Below, piece after piece: positions 1 through 6,343 of a stretch of 10,003 nt of DNA. The position numbers and the translations under genes were made by a program. The stretch comes from a virus (Duplodnaviria > Heunggongvirae > Uroviricota > Caudoviricetes). How positions within the stretch are numbered: position 1 is the stretch's first letter; each line of letters begins with the position of its first letter. The stretch lies in IMG/VR virus record IMGVR_UViG_2711768001_000003; one strand, 5' to 3'. The notes beneath the pieces were generated by a model, which saw only the letters and a list, made by a program, of their open reading frames with translations, was not told the DNA's origin and did not search any database.

Positions 1-69
1 ATATCTACGGCAGCAAGCCAGTAATGGGTTAAGTGATAACAGGTGTCTGGAAATATAGGGGCAAATCCA
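1..69 (+). mobile_element. Right terminus of an IS2-like insertion sequence (IS3 family); partial, the element continues upstream of the window
   Basis: Bases 1-69 (ATATCTACGGCAGCAAGCCAGTAATGGGTTAAGTGATAACAGGTGTCTGGAAATATAGGGGCAAATCCA) match my recollection of the IS2 right end, which finishes ...TTAAGTGATAACAGATGTCTGGAAATATAGGGGCAAATCCA. There are a few substitutions. Similarity stops at 69. Confidence 0.75.
2..58 (+). CDS. C-terminal 18 codons of the IS2-like transposase OrfB (5' part outside the window)
   Basis: The frame starting at 2 reads YLRQQASNGLSDNRCLEI, then TAG at 56-58. The recalled IS2 OrfB C-terminus is ...EYLRQRACNGLSDNRCLEI*. Confidence 0.65.
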   Translation, partial: YLRQQASNGLSDNRCLEI

Positions 70-177
70 GCGTTCATCAGCCCCCGCATTGCCGACAGGA
101 TCACAGACGGGGGGCGCAACTGGTTGTCGTTCAACTGGCCCAGCTACCGTTCTTGTATCAGAGGTGTGGCTGCATGA
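70..177 (+). pseudogene. 3' remnant (35 codons) of the gene upstream of the helicase, probably the replication initiator, truncated by the IS2-like element
   Basis: The frame is open from the IS boundary (AFISPRIADRITDGGRNWLSFNWPSYRSCIRGVAA*). Its TGA at 175-177 overlaps the helicase ATG at 174 as ATGA, the usual translational-coupling junction in lambdoid replication modules. No start codon is available because the IS abuts at 69/70. The product is not recognised. Confidence 0.5.
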
Positions 178-1565
178 CAACACCAGTCTGGCGTAATGAT
201 GACCTGGAAGGCGCTGTCATTGGCGCATTCTTTCTGCGTGGGGCAGATCATGAAGTGATGGATATTCTGATCACACTACCGGCGGACATTTTTTCTGTAC
301 GAGCGTATCGGGATATCTACACAGGCATCTGCAGACAGGCCCGTGTTTCAGGAGTGATTGACCCCGTGCTGTTGTGTAATGAGATGCCGGAACTTGCCCC
401 GGTGATTACTGATACCGGGCGTAAAACCTGGGTGAAGTCTTCACTGGAGCACTATGTTGCAGCGTTGCGGCGCAATGCCGCACTGCGCGATGCAGAAAAA
501 ACACTGAATGAGGCGCTGCAGAAATTACGTGATGCGCATACCTGTGAAGCAGCTGAAGATGCCCTGAAGGATGCGCAGAACATGATGGTCACACTGTCGA
601 CAGGAAAGGGCGTCATTCAGCCGGTACATATTGATGATGTGCTTCCGGAAGTGGTTGAGCGTGTTGAATGCCGGAATCAGGGGCTGGAGAAATCCAGGAC
701 GTTGATGACCGGTATTGATGAACTGGACGCAAAAACAGGCGGTATGGAGCCCGGAGACCTGGTATTCATTGCCGCCCGTCCTTCGATGGGGAAAACCGAA
801 CTTGCGCTGGACATCATCGACAAGGTGACTGAGCAGGGGCATGGTGTGCTTCTGTTCACCATGGAGATGGCGAACATCCAGATTGGTGAACGTATGGTGT
901 CTGCGGCTGGAGGGATGCCAGTATCACGCCTGAAATCTGTGGCTCACTTTGAAGATGAAGACTGGGCGCGTTTCTCACAAGGGGTGGGGCGGATGACCGG
1001 GCGCAATATCTGGATGGTGGACCAGGCGAACCTGACCATTGATGAGATATGCGCAACAACGAAACACCATCTGATTAAACATCCGGAAACGGCGCTGGTG
1101 GTGGTTGATTATCTCGGGCTGATAAAAACCCGAACCACGGGGCGTCATGACCTTGCCGTGGGTGAAATCTCAAAGGGGCTTAAAGGCCTGGCAAAATCCG
1201 GTGGTTTTCCGTTGATTGCGCTGAGCCAGCTCTCCCGCGGTGTGGAGTCCAGACCCAATAAACGTCCCATGAACTCAGACCTGAAAAATTCCGGAGAAAT
1301 AGAGGCGGATGCAGACATCATTCTGATGCTTTACAGGGATGAAGTGTACAACCCGGATACACAGGCTACAGGCATAGCAGAAATTAATATCACGAAACAA
1401 CGTAACGGTTCTCTGGGGACGATTTACCGGCGTTTTTATAACGGACATTTTCTGCCTGTGGACCAGGAAAGCGCACAGGTTCTTTCCACCCCAATGCGGC
1501 AGCCCCAGCCGCGCAGATACAGCAATACACGTACCGACAGCAGTAAGATGGAGCGTTTCTTTTGA
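174..1565 (+). CDS. DnaB-family replicative DNA helicase (phage P22 gp12-like)
   Basis: 463 aa from ATG 174. It has the Walker A motif GDLVFIAARPSMGKTELAL, the DnaB-type motifs VVVDYLGLI and ALSQLSR, and ADADIILMLYRDEVY. The ORF-track start at 33 lies inside the IS terminal repeat and is rejected. Confidence 0.9.
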   Translation: MTTPVWRNDDLEGAVIGAFFLRGADHEVMDILITLPADIFSVRAYRDIYTGICRQARVSGVIDPVLLCNEMPELAPVITDTGRKTWVKSSLEHYVAALRRNAALRDAEKTLNEALQKLRDAHTCEAAEDALKDAQNMMVTLSTGKGVIQPVHIDDVLPEVVERVECRNQGLEKSRTLMTGIDELDAKTGGMEPGDLVFIAARPSMGKTELALDIIDKVTEQGHGVLLFTMEMANIQIGERMVSAAGGMPVSRLKSVAHFEDEDWARFSQGVGRMTGRNIWMVDQANLTIDEICATTKHHLIKHPETALVVVDYLGLIKTRTTGRHDLAVGEISKGLKGLAKSGGFPLIALSQLSRGVESRPNKRPMNSDLKNSGEIEADADIILMLYRDEVYNPDTQATGIAEINITKQRNGSLGTIYRRFYNGHFLPVDQESAQVLSTPMRQPQPRRYSNTRTDSSKMERFF

Positions 1566-1576
1566 ACAACCAGACA

Positions 1577-1819
1577 ATGACTTTTACCTCTGAACAATTG
1601 CGTAAACACGCGCAGGAAATGTTGCGACAGGCGGAACAACTGGAAAAAACAGGTGTAACAAAAGATGCCATTCGTCGGGATATGGTGCCAGCGCTCAGGG
1701 AACTGATGCAGGCGAAACATCGCGCACAAAAAGCGGTGGATGAGCTCGTTGATTGTGTGGCAGAGCTGGAAACCAAAGTTGGAAAGTTTGAAAAAATGGT
1801 GCAGGAGGTGCTGCGCTGA
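1577..1819 (+). CDS. Hypothetical 80-aa all-helical (coiled-coil-like) protein
   Basis: The ORF sits between the helicase and rusA, and its stop TGA (1817-1819) overlaps the rusA ATG as TGATG. An alternative TTG start at 1562 overlaps the helicase stop. No family recognised. Confidence 0.55.
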   Translation: MTFTSEQLRKHAQEMLRQAEQLEKTGVTKDAIRRDMVPALRELMQAKHRAQKAVDELVDCVAELETKVGKFEKMVQEVLR

Positions 1820-2190
1820 TGCGCCATGAGTTTATTTTACCTTATCCGCCGACGGTGAATACTTACTGGCGACGTCGTGGCAGCACATATTTTGTATCAA
1901 AAGTTGGTGAGCGTTATCGCCGTGATGTGACGCTAATTGTTCGCCAGCAGCGGCTGAAATTAAACCTGTCCGGAAGGCTGGCGATAAAGATTATTGCAGA
2001 GCCACCGGATAAGCGCCGTCGTGACCTGGACAATATCCTGAAAGCACCACTGGATGCGCTGACGCATGCCGGACTACTCATAGACGACGAGCAGTTTGAT
2101 GAAATCAATATTGTGCGCGGTCAGCTCGTTCCTGGTGGGCGACTGGGCGTGAAGATTTATGAAATCACAGGTGATAACGATGGCGCGTGA
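1819..2190 (+). CDS. rusA: Crossover junction endodeoxyribonuclease RusA (Holliday junction resolvase)
   Basis: The 123-aa product shows RusA hallmarks: [45 protein letters not shown] and GGRLGVKI. It is collinear with E. coli DLP12 RusA. AGGAGG at 1803-1808 lies upstream of the ATG. Confidence 0.92.
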   Translation: MRHEFILPYPPTVNTYWRRRGSTYFVSKVGERYRRDVTLIVRQQRLKLNLSGRLAIKIIAEPPDKRRRDLDNILKAPLDALTHAGLLIDDEQFDEINIVRGQLVPGGRLGVKIYEITGDNDGA

Positions 2191-2566
2191 TATTCAGCAG
2201 GTTATGGAACGGTGGGGGGCTTGGGCTGCAAACACTCATGAAGATGTATCCTGGGCGTCGATCGCTGCTGGTTTTAAAGGGTTAATTCCGTCGAAAGTGA
2301 AATCACGCCCTCAGTGTTCTGATGATGATGCAATGATAATTTGTGGCTGTATGGCCCGGTTGAACAAGAAAAATCAGGATTTGCACGATTTGCTGGTGGA
2401 TTATTACGTAGGTGGAATGACTTTTATGAGTCTGGCACGGAAACATGGGTGTTCGGATACCTGTATTGGCAAGCGCCTGCAGAAAGCGGAAGGGGTTATT
2501 GATGGCATGTTGATGATGCTTGATATCCGGCTGGAGATGGACAGATACGTAGAACGAATTATGTAG
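2180..2566 (+). CDS. Late-gene antitermination protein Q (QuuD/DLP12-type)
   Basis: [23 protein letters not shown]...[20 protein letters not shown]...[20 protein letters not shown]...[10 protein letters not shown] is nearly collinear with recalled E. coli QuuD. ATG 2180 has AGGTGA 6 nt upstream and overlaps the rusA 3' end by 11 nt. The ORF-track start at 2159 is less likely. Confidence 0.88.
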   Translation: MARDIQQVMERWGAWAANTHEDVSWASIAAGFKGLIPSKVKSRPQCSDDDAMIICGCMARLNKKNQDLHDLLVDYYVGGMTFMSLARKHGCSDTCIGKRLQKAEGVIDGMLMMLDIRLEMDRYVERIM

Positions 2567-2570
2567 GTGC

Positions 2571-2600
2571 TTGACCAGACACATTGTCCGGGGCTATATT
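2571..2600 (+). promoter_or_regulatory. Candidate late promoter PR' (sigma70)
   Basis: TTGACC (2571-2576), an 18-nt spacer, then TATATT (2595-2600), beginning 5 nt after the Q stop codon. Lambdoid PR' lies in this position. The Q-binding and pause elements are not resolved. Confidence 0.6.
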
Positions 2601-2606
2601 CCTCAC

Positions 2607-2684
2607 GCGCCAGCAAAATCTGGCGTCGGGATTGGAACCCCGGATAGAGACCGCGACAGACACACGCCGCGAGCGTGTTTTTTA
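2607..2684 (+). ncRNA. Predicted short PR'-to-tR' transcript (lambda 6S RNA / StxS-like), about 77 nt
   Basis: Inferred from the predicted TSS about 7 nt after the -10 and the intrinsic terminator at 2662-2684. It contains a 5' hairpin CGCCAG-CAAAAT-CTGGCG (2608-2625) and a second imperfect hairpin at 2626-2644. The ends are predicted, not observed. Confidence 0.4.
2662..2684 (+). terminator. Rho-independent terminator (candidate tR')
   Basis: Stem ACACGC (2662-2667) / GCGTGT (2673-2678), 5-nt loop CGCGA, followed by a T-run (TTTTTTA). Confidence 0.6.
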
Positions 2685-2811
2685 TTGTCGTATGCACGCG
2701 CACATCTGAATTATGGTGGGGCGCATGGGGGAGCTGAAAAGCTCGCCGGTCGGTTTCCCGGTAGTTCCAACCCTGTGCGTCTCACCACCCGATGATTGGA
2801 ACCTGACGGTG

Positions 2812-2840
2812 TTGACAGTTTCAGGTTTGCAGTTTACATT
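2812..2840 (+). promoter_or_regulatory. Candidate sigma70 promoter for the ORF6N-domain gene (moron promoter)
   Basis: Perfect -35 TTGACA (2812-2817), 17-nt spacer, -10 TACATT (2835-2840, 4/6 match). Confidence 0.4.
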
Positions 2841-3040
2841 TCCCCGCGGTGCTCAAAACACCTCGAAAGCGGTATCCACACCCGATAGCCATGTGGTTTT
2901 TTTGTGTCCAGAATTCTTGGTTTATGACCGGGTGTGCGGCTAATACAATACCAGCAATGGAAATACGCCCGCCGACTTTCGACGGTTTTGAGCGCCCGGT
3001 CACCCTCTCAAAAGGGGTAAATCAAAATATTCGAAAGGAC

Positions 3041-3610
3041 ATGTCTATGAATCGCACGTCTATTGAAAAACTCCCGTCACTTACGCATAACCATCTTCCT
3101 GTCATGACAACAGAGCTGCTGGCTGATTTGTACGGAACAGAGCGCCAGCGTTTGACAAACAATTTCAATCGAAACAAAGAACGGTTTATAGAAGGTAAAC
3201 ATTTTTTCCTGATAGAAGGTGATGCGTTACGAGAGTTGAAGAACGAAAACTCTTTAAGAGTTTCTGTGAAAATTGCCCGTAACGTTCGCTCCCTCATCCT
3301 CTGGACAGAACGTGGCGCAGCCCGTCACGCCAAAATGCTCGAAACCGATCAGGCGTGGGAAGTGTTCGAAAAACTGGAAGACTGTTATTTCAACCAGAAA
3401 CAGCCACCAGCGGCACAAAACACATCTATCGAAAATGATGGATGCGCATTACTGAGCCACTTCGATAAACACGGTCAGGTTGAGTTCACGGAAAAGGTAC
3501 CCGCCGATGCGATGGTATGTACTCTGGAACGGTTTAAATTTTATCTGGAGCAACACGGGTGGATCGTTGCCCGTAAAGAGCAACTGGTGGAGCGGTTGAT
3601 GCGGTTTTAA
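3041..3610 (+). CDS. ORF6N-domain (KilA-N-like DNA-binding) protein, putative antirepressor-like; C-terminal half unassigned
   Basis: LPVMTTELLADLYGTERQRLTNNFNRNKERFIEGKHFFLIEGDALRELK...SLILWTERGAARHAKMLETDQAWEVFEKLEDCYF fits the ORF6N pattern. AAGGA at 3035-3039 favours ATG 3041 or, with better spacing, ATG 3047. The ORF-track GTG at 2849 adds 64 residues that do not look like protein. Confidence 0.8.
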   Translation: MSMNRTSIEKLPSLTHNHLPVMTTELLADLYGTERQRLTNNFNRNKERFIEGKHFFLIEGDALRELKNENSLRVSVKIARNVRSLILWTERGAARHAKMLETDQAWEVFEKLEDCYFNQKQPPAAQNTSIENDGCALLSHFDKHGQVEFTEKVPADAMVCTLERFKFYLEQHGWIVARKEQLVERLMRF

Positions 3611-3685
3611 AAATTTTTTCCGAAAACTTTACGATCGTAAAAAGTTGAATATCCTGTTAAGAGTGGTTACTACGCCACACAGCTT

Positions 3686-3711
3686 AAACCCGCCGATGAG
3701 CGGGTTTTTTT
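3686..3711 (+). terminator. Rho-independent terminator downstream of the ORF6N gene
   Basis: AAACCCGC (3686-3693), loop CGATGA, GCGGGTTT (3700-3707), extending into a run of 8 T. Confidence 0.8.
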
Positions 3712-3761
3712 ATACCTGAAAAACGGCACAGGACGTTAAACGTGCTGGTGGTCAGATGAGT

Positions 3762-3790
3762 TTGCAGATGTGATGACATATGGTTATTAT
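3762..3790 (+). promoter_or_regulatory. Weak candidate promoter for the tRNA array
   Basis: TTGCAG (3762-3767), 17-nt spacer, TATTAT (3785-3790). The predicted TSS is a few nt before the first tRNA at 3800. The -35 matches only 3/6. Confidence 0.3.
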
Positions 3791-3799
3791 TCTGCCTCC

Positions 3800-3876
3800 G
3801 GCCCTTTAGCTCAGTTGGTCAGAGCGAGCGACTCATAATCGCCAGGTCGCTGGTTCAAGTCCAGCAAGGGCCACCA
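3800..3876 (+). tRNA. tRNA with CAT anticodon, most like tRNA-Ile2 (lysidine-modified, reads AUA; ileX/ileZ-like)
   Basis: It folds as a cloverleaf: acceptor GGCCCTT/AAGGGCC, anticodon loop CTCATAA, T-arm GCTGG-TTCAAGT-CCAGC, encoded CCA. The anticodon and T arms resemble recalled E. coli ileX far more than elongator tRNA-Met. Confidence 0.85.
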
Positions 3877-3877
3877 A

Positions 3878-3954
3878 CCACCACTAGCTCATCCGGATAG
3901 AGCATCAACCTTCTAAGTTGACGGTGCGAGGTTCGAGTCCTCGGTGGTGGGCCA
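3878..3954 (+). tRNA. tRNA-Arg (anticodon TCT, reads AGA/AGG)
   Basis: Cloverleaf: acceptor CCACCAC/GTGGTGG, D-arm GCTC-ATCCGGATA-GAGC, anticodon arm TCAAC-CTTCTAA-GTTGA, T-arm CGAGG-TTCGAGT-CCTCG, discriminator G, encoded CCA. It has an unusual C1:G72 pair and diverges from host argU. It starts 1 nt after the previous tRNA. Confidence 0.85.
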
Positions 3955-3956
3955 GC

Positions 3957-4032
<76 letters not shown>

Positions 4033-4035
4033 TAT

Positions 4036-4110
<75 letters not shown>

Positions 4111-4243
4111 GCGAGATTTGAGACGAAGGTTGTTATTTGCACTGACACAATATTGTGTGGGAATGTCTGACTCCTTACCATCTCCTGTTCTGTGATGTTG
4201 TTTTGTTGCAGTTCCAGTGCTCTTTTTTCAGCACCAGAATGGT

Positions 4244-4769
4244 NNNNNNNNNNNNNNNNNNNNNNNNNNNNNNNNNNNNNNNNNNNNNNNNNNNNNNNNN
4301 NNNNNNNNNNNNNNNNNNNNNNNNNNNNNNNNNNNNNNNNNNNNNNNNNNNNNNNNNNNNNNNNNNNNNNNNNNNNNNNNNNNNNNNNNNNNNNNNNNNN
4401 NNNNNNNNNNNNNNNNNNNNNNNNNNNNNNNNNNNNNNNNNNNNNNNNNNNNNNNNNNNNNNNNNNNNNNNNNNNNNNNNNNNNNNNNNNNNNNNNNNNN
4501 NNNNNNNNNNNNNNNNNNNNNNNNNNNNNNNNNNNNNNNNNNNNNNNNNNNNNNNNNNNNNNNNNNNNNNNNNNNNNNNNNNNNNNNNNNNNNNNNNNNN
4601 NNNNNNNNNNNNNNNNNNNNNNNNNNNNNNNNNNNNNNNNNNNNNNNNNNNNNNNNNNNNNNNNNNNNNNNNNNNNNNNNNNNNNNNNNNNNNNNNNNNN
4701 NNNNNNNNNNNNNNNNNNNNNNNNNNNNNNNNNNNNNNNNNNNNNNNNNNNNNNNNNNNNNNNNNNNNN
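4244..4769. other. Run of 526 N (assembly gap or masked sequence)
   Basis: Counted directly from the sequence: the first n is at 4244 and the last at 4769. Confidence 1.
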
Positions 4770-4871
4770 ATTGGTGTGCTGGGAAGTCTGCTTCTGGGGC
4801 TTCTGACTTATCTGACAAATCTGTATTTCAAAATAAGAGAAGACAAGCGTAAGGCTGCGAGAGGTGAATAA
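4770..4871 (+). CDS. S: Phage-21-type class II holin (pinholin S21-like), 3' 33 codons only; the 5' part lies in the N run
   Basis: The visible [33 protein letters not shown] matches the recalled C-terminus of S21/EssD (...[33 protein letters not shown]). The stop TAA overlaps the endolysin ATG as TAATG. A 71-aa holin would start near 4656. Confidence 0.85.
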   Translation: MGVLGSLLLGLLTYLTNLYFKIREDKRKAARGE

Positions 4872-5368
4872 TGTCGCCATCATTACGCAAGGCTGTTGCA
4901 GCTGCTATTGGTGGTGGGGCTGTTGCTATAGCATCTGTGTTAATCACTGGCCCAGGTGGTAACGATGGTCTGGAAGGTGTCAGCTACATACCATACAAAG
5001 ATATCATTGGTGTATGGACTGTATGTCACGGACACACCGGAAAAGACATCATGCTCGGTAAAACGTATACCGAAGCAGAATGCAAAGCCCTCCTGAATAA
5101 AGACCTTGCCACTGTCGCCAGACAAATTAACCCGTACATCAAAGTCGATATACCGGAAACAACGCGCGGCGCTCTTTACTCGTTCGTTTACAACGTGGGC
5201 GCTGGCAATTTCAGAACATCGACGCTTCTTCGCAAAATAAACCAGGGCTATATCAAAGGCGCATGTGACCAGCTATGTCGCTGGACATATGCTGGCGGTA
5301 AGCAATGGAAAGGGCTGATGACCCGTCGTGAGATTGAGCGTGAAGTCTGTTTGTGGGGGCAGCAATGA
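4871..5368 (+). CDS. R: SAR endolysin (phage 21 R21 / RrrD-like lysozyme, T4-lysozyme fold)
   Basis: The 165-aa product has an N-terminal Gly/Ala-rich signal-arrest-release segment ([20 protein letters not shown]). The catalytic region [24 protein letters not shown] is nearly collinear with recalled R21. Confidence 0.92.
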   Translation: MSPSLRKAVAAAIGGGAVAIASVLITGPGGNDGLEGVSYIPYKDIIGVWTVCHGHTGKDIMLGKTYTEAECKALLNKDLATVARQINPYIKVDIPETTRGALYSFVYNVGAGNFRTSTLLRKINQGYIKGACDQLCRWTYAGGKQWKGLMTRREIEREVCLWGQQ

Positions 5369-5829
5369 GCAGAGTCACCGCGATTATCTCCGCTCTGGTT
5401 ATCTGCATCATCGTCTGCCTGTCATGGGCTGTTAATCATTACCGTGATAACGCCATTACCTACAAAGAGCAGCGCGACAAAAACGCAAGAGAACTGAAGC
5501 TGGCGAACGCAACCATTACTGACATGCAGCAGAGACAGCGTGATGTTAATGCACTCGATGCTAAATACACGAAGGAGTTAGCTGATGCGAAAGCTGAAAA
5601 TGAAACTCTGCGCGCTGATGTTGCCGCTGGTCGTCGTCGGTTGCACATCAAAGCAGTCTGTCAGTCAGTGCGTGAAGCCACCACCGCCTCCGGCGTGGAT
5701 AATGCAACCAGCCCCCGACTGGCAGACACCGCTGAACGGGATTATTTCACCCTCAGAGAGCGGCTGATGACGATGCAGATGCAACTGGAAGGGGCACAGG
5801 AGTATATCCGCACTCAGTGCATTAAGTAG
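5365..5829 (+). CDS. Rz: i-spanin Rz
   Basis: [21 protein letters not shown] is an N-terminal TM segment, followed by a coiled-coil periplasmic domain similar to lambda Rz. ATG 5365 overlaps the endolysin stop as ATGA. Confidence 0.9.
   Translation: MSRVTAIISALVICIIVCLSWAVNHYRDNAITYKEQRDKNARELKLANATITDMQQRQRDVNALDAKYTKELADAKAENETLRADVAAGRRRLHIKAVCQSVREATTASGVDNATSPRLADTAERDYFTLRERLMTMQMQLEGAQEYIRTQCIK
5585..5767 (+). CDS. Rz1: o-spanin Rz1 (lipoprotein), fully embedded in Rz in the +1 frame
   Basis: The 60-aa product [60 protein letters not shown] has a lipobox (VVGC) and a proline-rich segment. It is almost identical to recalled lambda Rz1. Confidence 0.9.
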   Translation: MRKLKMKLCALMLPLVVVGCTSKQSVSQCVKPPPPPAWIMQPAPDWQTPLNGIISPSESG

Positions 5830-5871
5830 CCTTTTTATCGTGGTAAACATTTCGCAGGGTATGAGGTATTT

Positions 5872-6222
5872 ATGCCATCACTAATCCCACGTGCCTGCCG
5901 TAAGCGTGGATGTGCAGGTACAACCACAGACAGTTCGGGTTACTGCGATAAACATCGCGGTGAAGGCTGGGTGCAGCACCAGCGCGGACTGAGCCGCCAC
6001 CAGCGTGGCTATGGCTCAAAATGGACGGTGATTCGTGCCCGTATTCTGAAGCGCGATAAAGGTCTGTGTCAGTTGTGTCTGCGTGTCGGTGTGGTGAGCG
6101 AGGCGAAAACCGTCGACCACATCATCCCGAAAGCGCATGGCGGAACAGACGCAGACAGCAACCTGCAGAGTCTGTGCTGGCCCTGCCATAAAGCGAAAAC
6201 AGCGCGCGAACGAATCCGGTGA
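5872..6222 (+). CDS. HNH endonuclease (packaging-associated, HK97 gp74-like position)
   Basis: It has the HNH motif DHIIPKAHGG...N...LCWPCHKAKT plus N-terminal Cys pairs. GAGG lies 5 nt upstream of the ATG. The gene sits immediately upstream of the terminase genes. Confidence 0.88.
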   Translation: MPSLIPRACRKRGCAGTTTDSSGYCDKHRGEGWVQHQRGLSRHQRGYGSKWTVIRARILKRDKGLCQLCLRVGVVSEAKTVDHIIPKAHGGTDADSNLQSLCWPCHKAKTARERIR

Positions 6223-6244
6223 TAATTATTCTCACTTGTAGGGA

Positions 6245-6304
6245 GGGGCGGGGCAAATCCCTGTGACCTGACGTCTTCCGGACTGCCCGCCCCATCGTTT
6301 TTTT
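6245..6304 (+). other. GC-only interrupted inverted repeat followed by T7; candidate cos-region element or terminator
   Basis: GGGGCGGGGCA (6245-6255) pairs with TGCCCGCCCC (6284-6293) as 10 bp with one bulge. The spacer is 28 nt, followed by ATCG and then TTTTTTT (6298-6304). It lies in the 121-nt HNH-terS intergenic region. Confidence 0.35.
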
Positions 6305-6343
6305 ATACCCGCGAAAAATGAAATTTAACCAGGAGTGCCGCAT

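Noticed and set aside
33-173. N-terminal 47-codon extension of the helicase ORF from GTG 33
   Set aside because: GTG 33 lies inside the IS2-like terminal repeat, and the extension is not DnaB-like. ATG 174 is coupled (ATGA) to the upstream frame and gives a normal-length helicase.
525-1827. Minus-strand ORFs antisense to the helicase and the 80-aa gene (525..842, 677..877, 856..1059, 1275..1577, 1390..1827, 1436..1729)
   Set aside because: They lie entirely within strongly supported + strand genes. Their Ser/Cys/Arg-rich low-complexity translations are typical of antisense frames, and they lack SD sequences.
2571-2943. ORFs 2571..2795 (74 aa, TTG start) and 2713..2943 (76 aa) in the Q-ORF6N spacer
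   Set aside because: They have no SD. The first starts on the predicted -35 hexamer and runs through the terminator. Their compositions are not protein-like (Arg/Gly/Pro-rich, no recognisable motifs).
3629-3640. 12-bp palindrome TTACGATCGTAA just after the ORF6N stop codon
   Set aside because: It is short and AT-rich, contains a Dam site, and is a single occurrence. I cannot separate it from chance, so it is noted but not promoted to a finding.
4111-4870. Shiga toxin (stxAB) at the classical position downstream of Q and Ile/Arg tRNAs
   Set aside because: No stx-like sequence is visible. The hidden segment, about 412 nt after allowing for the holin, is far too small for the roughly 1.2-kb stxAB operon if the gap size is accurate.
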